64,000 nt of DNA from a virus: positions 76,996-140,995 of the IMG/VR virus record IMGVR_UViG_3300037840_000188, one strand, 5' to 3'. The position numbers were made by a program, and so were the translations under genes. The notes under the pieces are model-generated. The model saw only the letters and a list, made by a program, of their open reading frames with translations. It made no database searches and had not been told where the DNA came from. Below are positions 18,472 through 27,185 of the stretch, one piece after another; the stretch's first letter is position 1, and every line of letters starts with the position of its first letter.

Positions 18472-18936
18472 TCACTTGATCGCTTTCAATTTCAAACCGC
18501 ACGCAATCCAGTCCGTCGTCAGACAAGCTTGTCCATCATAGAGCGTCATCTTTCCAGAGCAGATTGCGCGGTTAACCGCCTTTTCAACCACGTCCTTGAC
18601 GCGGGCGTTGTATTTACCGGAATACGGCTCTGCCCAGAGATTCTTGTCAGGATCGTTAGATCCACCGTTCTCCAGACTGAGGTAGTGATCTACTTCACAG
18701 CATCCGCTCTTCATCTGCTTGTCGCGAGCCAGGATTTGCTTCTTCGTCGCCTCGGTGACAGAGCGGACGGTCGCCGTGTATCCAACAACGCAGATCGTTG
18801 AATTGATCGTCGCCTGCGTTACAGCCTTATCGCGGTCGCCAGTCACACCCACTGGCGGATAAGCCTCAGGAGGCCCAATCCGGTCGGCAGCGAAGAGTGC
18901 CACGCAAAGGCAGGAGACCAGTACGAGTGGCCGCAT
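18472..18936 (-). CDS. Secreted HNH-like protein
   Basis: Signal peptide; EVDHYLSLENGGSN...NLWAEP. Confidence 0.6.
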   Translation of the reverse strand: MRPLVLVSCLCVALFAADRIGPPEAYPPVGVTGDRDKAVTQATINSTICVVGYTATVRSVTEATKKQILARDKQMKSGCCEVDHYLSLENGGSNDPDKNLWAEPYSGKYNARVKDVVEKAVNRAICSGKMTLYDGQACLTTDWIACGLKLKAIK

Positions 18937-19120
18937 TATGCCGCCTTCACGTACTCGCGGAGAAGTCCGACGATAAGTTGCGACATATTCTTATTTTCGC
19001 CCTCAGCCTTCTTCTTCGCTTTTGCACGGAGAGGAGCGGGAACGGATACATTGACCCGAGGGTCGGTTGCTGGAATTCGTTTTGACATGAGTTCAGATTA
19101 ATTCAGGGCGGGGATTAATG

Positions 19121-19492
19121 TCAAATCTTCTGAAGGATGTGCTTGCCCTCTTCTGTCGTTAATCGATATATATGGCCGCTCACGGTATGCCTCAGAATGA
19201 CACTGTCTGGAGTTTTCTCTTCAATCTGTTCCCAATCCACGCATTGACCGATGACCCAGGTTTTATCGTCCATCTGCCATAGGTCACGGATCTCCACTTT
19301 CTTGCCCTCGCCGAGTGGATAGCACGGATACGAGTAGAGTTTCGGCGGCGGAGCTTTAAGTGCGGGCTTGCCGCTTAACAGACGACGCAGGAGTGCGGAG
19401 TGATCGGCGTCTACATCGCGAGTGCCGCGTCCGTAATGCTCGCATATACGAAGCCATTCGGAAACGGCTTTTACTTGCTGCTCTATGTCCAT
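19121..19492 (-). CDS. Hypothetical protein
   Basis: 123 aa. Confidence 0.5.
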   Translation of the reverse strand: MDIEQQVKAVSEWLRICEHYGRGTRDVDADHSALLRRLLSGKPALKAPPPKLYSYPCYPLGEGKKVEIRDLWQMDDKTWVIGQCVDWEQIEEKTPDSVILRHTVSGHIYRLTTEEGKHILQKI

Positions 19493-20101
19493 CTACCGGC
19501 TTTCTCTCAGCCTCATTCCGATTCTCGCAAGTTCATCTTTTACCTCAGCGAGTGAGCGTTTTCCGAAATTCTGGATTCTCATGAGATCGCGTTCGGTCAT
19601 GGATAGCAACTGCCCAATGGTTTGAATCCCAGCATTTTTCACACAGTTATACGCACGGACTGATAATTCTAATTCCTCTACTGATTTACTATTGTCTGGG
19701 GCAGCGATTTCTCTCCGCTCACCTCCCGGAATCTCCGCCGGATGCTAGCTCTTCATGTGCTCAGCAATATTCTCAAATGTGCGATTGCAACACGGGCAGA
19801 CACCGTGCATGACACGATTTTTCAGTCTGGCCAGTTCTTGTTTTTCCTCTGCGAGTGCCTTCTCCGCAACTAAGCGCGCATGCCGCTCTTCATTGGCTTT
19901 CGCCTGAACCTGATTCACCTTCTCGCGCTCAATATCGAGATCCGTCTTCCCGGCATACTGCTGCTGATGGCCCATCGGACAATAAAACCAATTGTGCGAC
20001 TTTATTAATTCCGCCTTAAAATCTGAAGCAATAGCGAAATGCATGCCGCACTGGCAACATCGCAAAACGTCAAAACCAATCCCAAATACGATCTGGGCCA
20101 C
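19493..20101 (-). CDS. Zinc-finger/coiled-coil protein fused across an in-frame TAG (19745-19747) to an RNA polymerase alpha-CTD-like domain
   Basis: CPCCNRTFENIAEHMKS*HP... continues in frame to SVEELELSVRAYNCVKNAGIQTIGQLLSMTERDLMRIQNFGKRSLAEVKDEL. Confidence 0.75.
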
Positions 20102-21113
20102 AGATTACTCCTTGATCATCTTCTTCAACTCTTCCACCGTCGGCGTCCCCGGCTCAACTGCTTCCCAATCGAGAGCGTCGTAACGCCCCACGAATACACG
20201 CCAGGCGATCTTCCAGCGACGAGGATGGAGCAGCGATAGCTCAAAGCTGAGGCAGCGCGCAGGCCGATATTTACCGGATTCGTATTCCTCCCCAACGGGC
20301 CAGTGCTGGAGTTCGGACGGGGTGTGGATGGAGGGGGCTCTCATGTTTTATGGGCGATGCTGACCGACCTTAAAGTTCTTAGCTCCAAATCCAGGAGGAT
20401 GCCAATTGTGATAACCACCACAGAACCTACATCGATAATGATTCAGTCCGCGCATCTTTGTCCCAGCGGCAGCTTCAGCGGCTGTGTTGTAACGAATCTT
20501 TCCCTCACACGATCTTCGCCTGACGCGCCTCTTACTGCTCATTTCACCAGTAATTCGCAGTAACGCTAATCTTCGCCTTACACCGATGCCGCATGCAGAT
20601 ATCAGAAGCCCACGATGCCAGTTCTTCTTTTTGCGCGGCCAGCTTCTCCCATGAGATCTGCTCGCCGTATCCGTACGTCACCAGATCGAAGATAATGATG
20701 TCGCCTTCCTGCGCACCGATCTGCCAGTCACTGTCGTAGCGGGATTCCATCACCTTGATGTTGTATTTCTCGGTGCCGATGGGAATCTGGACATCGTCGT
20801 CGAACACGACGCCGGACTCTACGATAATTTCACGGTGCGTCTTCCGCGCCAGATCATCTGGCGTGAGCGTCAGGAGGAGGATTACATTCGGATGCTGGCT
20901 CATGCCGTCGCCGCCGGAGCAATCAGTTCCGAGATTTTCTTGTGTACGCAGGATTCCCCGCACAGATCGAATACGACAGCGCCATCGGAGCCTACAGCTC
21001 GTACATCACCGTGAGTGAGGATATAAATGCAACCATCGCCAGTCTTGCCAACGACATACCAGTGATTAGTCTGCTGCTTCACGGCCCTGCATACATCGCA
21101 CGTGATGGCTTCA

Positions 21114-21869
21114 CTACGCATTATTCTTCGCCACCTGCTTCCGTTCCGCTGCCACCATCAGACCATCGAATACTGGCCCATCTATCAGTCGCTGGCAGGC
21201 CTCCAGTACGTGCCCGACCTTCTTCATATCCAGCCTGTCGTCAGAGTCGCGGACGCGTCCTTCCATATCGATCCAAAATGCGCCAGAACGAAACGCCATA
21301 ATGCCGCCCACAGTCTCAGTCACGTCATCCGGCCCGATACCGCCCGCATAACCCACGTACTCAGAATCAACCATCCCATCCCACGCCCGCACCTGACGGC
21401 CTTCGCCGCCAGATTCGTCAAATAATGGAGCGCAGTTGAGGCCCTGTTCCTGACAGGCTCGCATATACTGACCCGCACGTGGATACTGAAAGACCAACTG
21501 TTGCTTGGCACCATACATGCTCATCTCTGCCGCCAACGCAGAAGCTGAGAGGCGCGTCCATAACGGTGTCTCGCCATTAATCTGCACTCGCTGGACGCCA
21601 GCGCGGATCGGAGGCAGCACATCCCACCTCATCTCCCCTGCCATCAGATCGCGAGCCCATTTCCCACAGATATGCATGGACAAGTTCATCCGGTGCGCGT
21701 ACTTCAGGAGTTTCTCCTGCCAGGCGCGAGAAGGATAGCGCGGGGAGCCTTCTCTCTTATGGCTAACGAGAATTCCGAACTCCAACCACGGATAAGCCAA
21801 CGCCAGATCGAGGAGTTCAAGTGGGTCGGTTTGGTCGTCGGAGCCGGTGATGGTTACGCGGTCAAGCAT
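21114..21869 (-). CDS. TrpF/PRAI-like TIM-barrel protein
   Basis: VTITGSD, RVQIN, LFDESGGEG, VGYAGGIGPD, FWIDMEGRVR. Confidence 0.7.
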   Translation of the reverse strand: MLDRVTITGSDDQTDPLELLDLALAYPWLEFGILVSHKREGSPRYPSRAWQEKLLKYAHRMNLSMHICGKWARDLMAGEMRWDVLPPIRAGVQRVQINGETPLWTRLSASALAAEMSMYGAKQQLVFQYPRAGQYMRACQEQGLNCAPLFDESGGEGRQVRAWDGMVDSEYVGYAGGIGPDDVTETVGGIMAFRSGAFWIDMEGRVRDSDDRLDMKKVGHVLEACQRLIDGPVFDGLMVAAERKQVAKNNA

Positions 21870-22094
21870 GTTTACTCACTATAGACGCAGCGCTGGTTCT
21901 ACGATTCCTCCACTCACCAACCTCTCTCTCCTGTACCCGAATATTCTCGTAGCGCGGAGCCCGACCACTTACCATCAAGCGCTTATTCGCCTGCCTGGCT
22001 CGGAGGATAGCTTTATCGATCTTCTCCTGAAAGCGGAGCGCTGTACTGATCGGTGATAGTTTTCCATTGAGATCAGCAACTACGCGCAACTCAG

Positions 22095-22433
22095 TCATAC
22101 GGACTCACTCCGTTGCAACCTATCGATTTCCGCCGCAATAAGCGCCCCAGCCTTCTCCAGCATTCGAATGCGCTCAGTCGAATTAGGTGTACCGGTCGTC
22201 CGCTTATCCCAGTGCCGCTGCCATGGCCATGGATCGGAGAATTTATGAAATCGCTCTGTCCTGTATTCGTGACTCCGTAAAGTATAAACGCGATCCCCAA
22301 CTGCGGCTGCGGCGTAACAAATAGCCGCCATCACCATCTCCCCGGCATCGTGCTTATCATCGTGCTCGGGCGTCCATCTCTCGACGGATATCTGGCGGTT
22401 GCGTTCGGCGGAGATTCTCTCGGAGCCGGTCAT
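22095..22433 (-). CDS. Conserved-looking phage hypothetical protein
   Basis: ISAERNRQ...EHDDKH..GEM..AAICYA...KAGALIAAEIDRL. Confidence 0.65.
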   Translation of the reverse strand: MTGSERISAERNRQISVERWTPEHDDKHDAGEMVMAAICYAAAAVGDRVYTLRSHEYRTERFHKFSDPWPWQRHWDKRTTGTPNSTERIRMLEKAGALIAAEIDRLQRSESV

Positions 22434-22681
22434 GCGGTTGCCCTCAGAACATCCTCAGCGGTGGCAATAGAGGGAAGGCTGTAGCCACCCTTCAAATTTG
22501 AAAGCTGAACGAGCGAAATGTCCATCCGTTTTGCAATATTACTCAATTCCCCAGTGCCCTCAAACGACTGGAGATGATCCTGGAGAGCAGCCCGCATTTC
22601 CTCGCGCTTCTGGCGGAAGACTGCTTTGGCTTCTTTTAATTCCGCGACCTTAATGGTCAATTTTTTACCAGTGATCTTCAC
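22430..22681 (-). CDS. Small HTH (XRE-like) protein
   Basis: IAKRMDISLVQLSNLKGG..LPS; start approximate, just after the promoter. Confidence 0.5.
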   Translation of the reverse strand: MKITGKKLTIKVAELKEAKAVFRQKREEMRAALQDHLQSFEGTGELSNIAKRMDISLVQLSNLKGGYSLPSIATAEDVLRATA

Positions 22682-22688
22682 TGGTAGT

Positions 22689-22717
22689 ACTGTACACGCT
22701 GCGCGCCAGCCTGTCAA
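22689..22717 (-). promoter_or_regulatory. sigma70-type promoter for the leftward operon
   Basis: TTGACA-17 nt-TACAGT. Confidence 0.55.
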
Positions 22718-22718
22718 G

Positions 22719-22758
22719 AAAATAAAAAGCCCGCCCTCCCCGAAGAGAGAAGCGGGCT
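22719..22758 (-). terminator. Intrinsic terminator
   Basis: AGCCCGC...GCGGGCT followed by TTTTATTTT. Confidence 0.65.
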
Positions 22759-22791
22759 CGTGGTGACAGTGGATTGGTCCGAGTATAGCAG

Positions 22792-23133
22792 TTACTTTGG
22801 CGTGCCGAAAGTAAACACAAGCGAAGCTGCGACCGACGGGGGTGGCGGAGGCGCGGCGGTCAATACGATAGTTGCGACGCCCTGAACCTGCTCAGTCGTC
22901 GTGCCGTCCGGCTCTAAAGCGGTTGCCACTTCTGTGAGCGTGGCAGTGCCAACGCCGACGCCGGTGATGATCGCTCCATTGGGAGTGCTGGGGTCCGGCG
23001 CAACAGTAAAGACTGTCGGGTCCGAACTCGTGTAAGAGGTACTCGAAAGAGTCGCCGTACTGGCTCCTCCCGAGGCGTTTACTGGCGAGCCGATCACACT
23101 GACCGACTGCGTTGCGAGCATGGTGAATTGCAT
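22792..23133 (-). CDS. Ig-like/beta-rich small protein
   Basis: YTSSDPTVFTVAP...ITGVGVGTATLT; AGGAG before ATG 23133. Confidence 0.55.
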   Translation of the reverse strand: MQFTMLATQSVSVIGSPVNASGGASTATLSSTSYTSSDPTVFTVAPDPSTPNGAIITGVGVGTATLTEVATALEPDGTTTEQVQGVATIVLTAAPPPPPSVAASLVFTFGTPK

Positions 23134-23468
23134 TTGTTCTCCTGAAATTTGGTTTTGACCAAGGCTGAATGTAAATCTGATCCTGTGCGCGTGGTGGCGA
23201 AACCGGTGTTCTCTGAAGTACCGGGTTAGCGAGAACCAGTGACACTGGCTACGGTGGGACATTAGGCAACTTAAGTATGACAGAAGGCTGGTTAACGTCT
23301 GGTGTCCGTACTATGCGGCTTCCCATCACTATACGACATCGCGTTGAGTGTGGGCAGGGGGCTGCAATGCTACCCCACCCCCTCCCGGCTCGGAGATGGC
23401 CATCGTTGGCCTTGCTGCTATGCGGGTGGTTTAGTTAATCCCTGCCTGTACTCGGTTTAAAATTTCTC

Positions 23469-23498
23469 TTGACATGATACCTAGTTTTATGTCACAAT
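23469..23498 (+). promoter_or_regulatory. Promoter for the serine recombinase, with overlapping dyad
   Basis: TTGACA-18-CACAAT; TGACAT-N13-ATGTCA inverted repeat; ATG 6 nt after the -10 (leaderless-like). Confidence 0.5.
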
Positions 23499-23504
23499 CA
23501 AATC

Positions 23505-24224
23505 ATGGAAACAATCAAGAAGGTCATCGGTTACTGCCGCGTGTCAACAAATCGACAGGAGCACTCTCGCGATGCCCAGGAGTTTCGCATTCGAAAAACA
23601 GCTGAAAGCCACCCGGAGTGGGAGCTTCAGGATGTGATTATCGACTTCGATGAATGCAGTGGAAATCTAAACCGACCCGGCGTTCAGCGAGTCTTGGAGA
23701 TGGTTCGCAATAAGACCGTCGACGCGGTCATCATCTGCAAGATGGATCGCATAACCCGCTCAACCCGCGACGCCATCGATCTGATTGAGTTGTTTGCGAA
23801 GCAGGGTGTGACGCTCGTGAGTCTTAACGAGTCGCTCGACACCAGCAGTGCTATCGGTCGTTTCTTTGTGCGCACGCTTGCCAGTATTGCCGAGCTTGAA
23901 AGGGAGATCACGAGCGAGCGCACCACGGCGGTCCTGCGCTATCAAAAGTCGCAGGGGTATCCAGCCGGAGCGACGCCTTACGGATGGACGCGTCAGCCAA
24001 AGGTCGCCAATGTTAACGGAAGGCTGGTATCCCAGCCGCTGGTGATTAATGAATCCGAGCAGGAGATTTTATCTAAAGCTCGCGATCTGCGTGCCACCGG
24101 CCAGAGCTATCAGCGAATCGCGGCGGCCCTGAACGAAGGCGGCTATCGCACTCGCACTGGCGGCCAGTGGGTCAAACAGTATGTGATTGGAATCCTGAAG
24201 ACTTCTGAGGTTGCGGCTGCGTGA
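23505..24224 (+). CDS. Serine recombinase (resolvase domain + recombinase domain)
   Basis: GYCRVST..Q, NRPG, KMDRITRS, AELEREITSERT, PYGW. Confidence 0.92.
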   Translation: METIKKVIGYCRVSTNRQEHSRDAQEFRIRKTAESHPEWELQDVIIDFDECSGNLNRPGVQRVLEMVRNKTVDAVIICKMDRITRSTRDAIDLIELFAKQGVTLVSLNESLDTSSAIGRFFVRTLASIAELEREITSERTTAVLRYQKSQGYPAGATPYGWTRQPKVANVNGRLVSQPLVINESEQEILSKARDLRATGQSYQRIAAALNEGGYRTRTGGQWVKQYVIGILKTSEVAAA

Positions 24225-24832
24225 AGCACCCCAACCGAGCGCCCTTCGAGTCTGCATTCAAGGCCATACGTCCATTTGTAATTGAGCGCGATGGCGGTCG
24301 CTGTGTGAAGTGCGCGTCAGATGTGCGCATAGAGGTCCATCATGTAAATGGATACGAAGATAACGCGCCCGATAATCTTCAGACTTTATGCTATTTCTGT
24401 CATGGTGTCGCGCCAATGGGAGATGAATATTGGATATGGAAGCAGTCTGGCGCTGATGGATGGAATCACTTTTTCGCGGCGATGCGATTGTCGTTCCCGA
24501 ATCTGACGGAAGAGTATATGCGGTCCACGGCAGCAGAGATTGTCAAGTACCAAAAGATAATGGAATCTGGGTCGGCACGCGCGGCACGCGCGATCATCCG
24601 TCAACGTTCTGGCCGTTGTGAGGGACCCAAGCCTTACGGGCACAGGCCTCATGAAATGTCATGTCTGCTAAAAATGCGTGAACTACGCGCCTCTGGCATG
24701 ACCTACGAATCAGTAGCTATGGCGCTGAATGACGGTGGTTTCGTCACTCGCTATGGCAAGCAATGGAGCAGGGCTGCTATCTATCAGATCCTCCAGCGTA
24801 ACCGCGATGCCGCCACTCGCCCGCCCCAATAA
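24221..24832 (+). CDS. HNH domain + recombinase-type DNA-binding domain
   Basis: ERDGGRCVKC..EVHH...NLQTLCYFCH; C-terminal GPKPYG...ALNDGGFVTRYGKQW resembles the upstream gene's tail. Confidence 0.7.
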   Translation: MKHPNRAPFESAFKAIRPFVIERDGGRCVKCASDVRIEVHHVNGYEDNAPDNLQTLCYFCHGVAPMGDEYWIWKQSGADGWNHFFAAMRLSFPNLTEEYMRSTAAEIVKYQKIMESGSARAARAIIRQRSGRCEGPKPYGHRPHEMSCLLKMRELRASGMTYESVAMALNDGGFVTRYGKQWSRAAIYQILQRNRDAATRPPQ

Positions 24833-25405
24833 GAAACGGCCCAATCATTCTCGGAGGAAGAAGTTGATCGGGCCGCCTCACGCGTCTCTAACTGTGCAGG
24901 GTAGTATATCTCACCTGACGCAGTGAAACCACAACCCCTTGCGTCCACCGCCACGGTTGCCACTACGCCGCAAAATTCCTCACAATCCAGTTGCAATGTT
25001 CTGCGGTGCTCAGTATGATCGATTCTGTCCCGGCGAGCGGGCGGCACAGAAGCGACGGCTGATGTGTTCGGAAGGCGGCGGGTGCCACATACGCCCGCCG
25101 TCGCTCTTTTATGTGGAAAGGGTACGTGTGCAACGCAACGGCAGTCCATTCTCTGATCTCCAGAAATTCCCCCTCCTCCGCACTACCATCTGCCCCTGTG
25201 GCGAGTCCGTGCTCCACGAGTTCATCCAGCCGGGGACTGTTTACTCCCTCGACATGTCGACCCGGCGCGGTGGCTTCACTTATCGGTGCGGGAGATGCGG
25301 CGTTGAACAACCCGACGTTCAGGTCGTCAAGGCCAGCCAGCAGTTGAATCCTGACCTTGGAATGGGGTGGTTGCCGTGGGGGTTGTTCAGCGAGGCAGAA
25401 GCGGC

Positions 25406-26206
25406 GTGAATTACTACAACGACAATAATCCAGATTCAGTTGCATGGCTAAAGCAATTGATTCTCGCCAATTTAATCCCAAATGGAGATATCGATGACCG
25501 ATCCATCGCCGACGTTGCGGGCGACGACCTTAAAGGCTATACCCAGTGTCATTTCTTTGCCGGGATCGGAGGATGGGCGGAGGCCCTGCGGCTCGCTGGA
25601 TGGCCATCTGACAGACCAGTGTGGACAGGGAGTTGTCCCTGTCAGCCATTCAGCGCAGGCGGACAGCAAAAAGGATTTAATGACGAGCGCCATTTATGGC
25701 CGCACTTCAGACGCCTCATCGCGGAGCGCCGTCCTTCAGTTATCTTTGGAGAGCAAGTTGCATCGAAGCTTGGACGTAAATGGCTCGCCTCTTTACGACT
25801 TGACCTGGAAGCATTGGACTATGCAGTGGGGGGGGCAGATTTGTGCGCTGCGGGCCTCTGTGCGCCACATATCAGGCAGCGACTTTACTGGGTGGCTGAC
25901 TCCGCTAGCTCGGGACTGGAAGGGGTATACGAAGCGATCCGGGGAATCGATATGCAATCAACTATCACGGCTTTACGGTCGCAGTGGGACGCCGAACCCA
26001 AAATGGACCGCGTGGCTTATGGGATACCCGCCAAAGTGGGACGATTGTGCGGTTTTGGGAATTCCATCGTCCCGCAGATCGGGGCGGTCTTCGTGAGGTC
26101 CTGCATGGAAGCCGTTAATCAACCAGTTATTTCCTGTCACATATGCGGTGACGTTACGTCTATCAATACTGCGTGCCCCTCCTGTGGCGAGGTCTGTACC
26201 GCATGA
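25406..26206 (+). CDS. C5 cytosine DNA methyltransferase (main polypeptide)
   Basis: FFAGIGG, GSCPCQPFS, FGEQV, PHIRQRLYWV, GFGNSIVPQ. Confidence 0.9.
   Translation: MNYYNDNNPDSVAWLKQLILANLIPNGDIDDRSIADVAGDDLKGYTQCHFFAGIGGWAEALRLAGWPSDRPVWTGSCPCQPFSAGGQQKGFNDERHLWPHFRRLIAERRPSVIFGEQVASKLGRKWLASLRLDLEALDYAVGGADLCAAGLCAPHIRQRLYWVADSASSGLEGVYEAIRGIDMQSTITALRSQWDAEPKMDRVAYGIPAKVGRLCGFGNSIVPQIGAVFVRSCMEAVNQPVISCHICGDVTSINTACPSCGEVCTA
25482..26096 (+). CDS. Nested alternative-frame ORF, putative second MTase subunit carrying motif IX
   Basis: 204 aa open frame inside the MTase; WLTPLARDWKG and NPKWTAWLMGYPPKW. Confidence 0.6.
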   Translation: MEISMTDPSPTLRATTLKAIPSVISLPGSEDGRRPCGSLDGHLTDQCGQGVVPVSHSAQADSKKDLMTSAIYGRTSDASSRSAVLQLSLESKLHRSLDVNGSPLYDLTWKHWTMQWGGQICALRASVRHISGSDFTGWLTPLARDWKGYTKRSGESICNQLSRLYGRSGTPNPKWTAWLMGYPPKWDDCAVLGIPSSRRSGRSS

Positions 26207-26246
26207 TCTGGCACCTCTCCCACCGCGCGGATAAGCGAGCGCTGCT

Positions 26247-26798
26247 ATGAAGTTCGCCTACTGCGATCCGCCATATATCGGCCAAGCCGCTCGACACTAC
26301 AATTGCGCTGAAGTTGATCACCCGAAATTAATCACGCGACTCGTTGACGAGTTTCCTGACGGATGGGCGCTGTCGCTTTCGTCCACAACGCTTCAACAAA
26401 TCCTGCCTCTCTGTCCGGCTGATGTCCGCATAGCGGCTTGGTGCAAATCATTCTGCGCTTTCAAGAAGGGCGTGAGGCCGTGCTACGCGTGGGAGCCGAT
26501 CATCTTCTGGGGGGGGCGTAATCCGATGAACGGCTACAAGCACGCGCCGCCACCTAAGAATGGCAAGCAGAATACACCGAAGGATTTTCTGGTCGAGCCG
26601 ATCACCATGAAGAAAGGATTAACTGGCGCAAAGCCGCAGAAGGTCTGCGCCTGGATTCTGGATCTTCTCAACTTCCAGTACGGCGAAGACGAGATCCACG
26701 ACCTCTTTCCCGGCAGTGGCTCCATGGCGGCGACGGTTGCAGGGCGTTGCGCCGATGGCTATATCGGCTATACCGAACGCTTCGAGGTGGTAGCGTGA
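26247..26798 (+). CDS. Amino (N6A/N4C) DNA methyltransferase
   Basis: YCDPPY and DLFPGSGS. Confidence 0.8.
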   Translation: MKFAYCDPPYIGQAARHYNCAEVDHPKLITRLVDEFPDGWALSLSSTTLQQILPLCPADVRIAAWCKSFCAFKKGVRPCYAWEPIIFWGGRNPMNGYKHAPPPKNGKQNTPKDFLVEPITMKKGLTGAKPQKVCAWILDLLNFQYGEDEIHDLFPGSGSMAATVAGRCADGYIGYTERFEVVA

Positions 26799-27185
26799 GT
26801 GTCCTCTGCCCTGCGCCCGTCGTCGTCCACCTCGCCACCGCTGACCTGCCAGCGGCTCGGGCAGCGCTGCCTTATCTTGCCGTTTAAGAATTTTATGAAA
26901 ATCAACAATCAAAACGAACTCCTTTGTGCCGCGTGTGGGTACAACTACACCCACCTGATTTCCATCGAGGCTTTCGAGCGCGCCGAGGATGCTGTCTCGG
27001 GGCTTCATGTCATTATTGAAGGCCAATCAGCCATCACGAATACAGCCCTCGACGGCAATCCCAGTGATCGCCGAGATGCTGTTCGTCTTACTTATTCCTG
27101 TGAAGGTTGCGATAAGCTGACGGTTATTTCCTTTATCCAGCACAAGGGCAATACTTTTGTGGAGTACGGTATTCAAGTCTGATCT

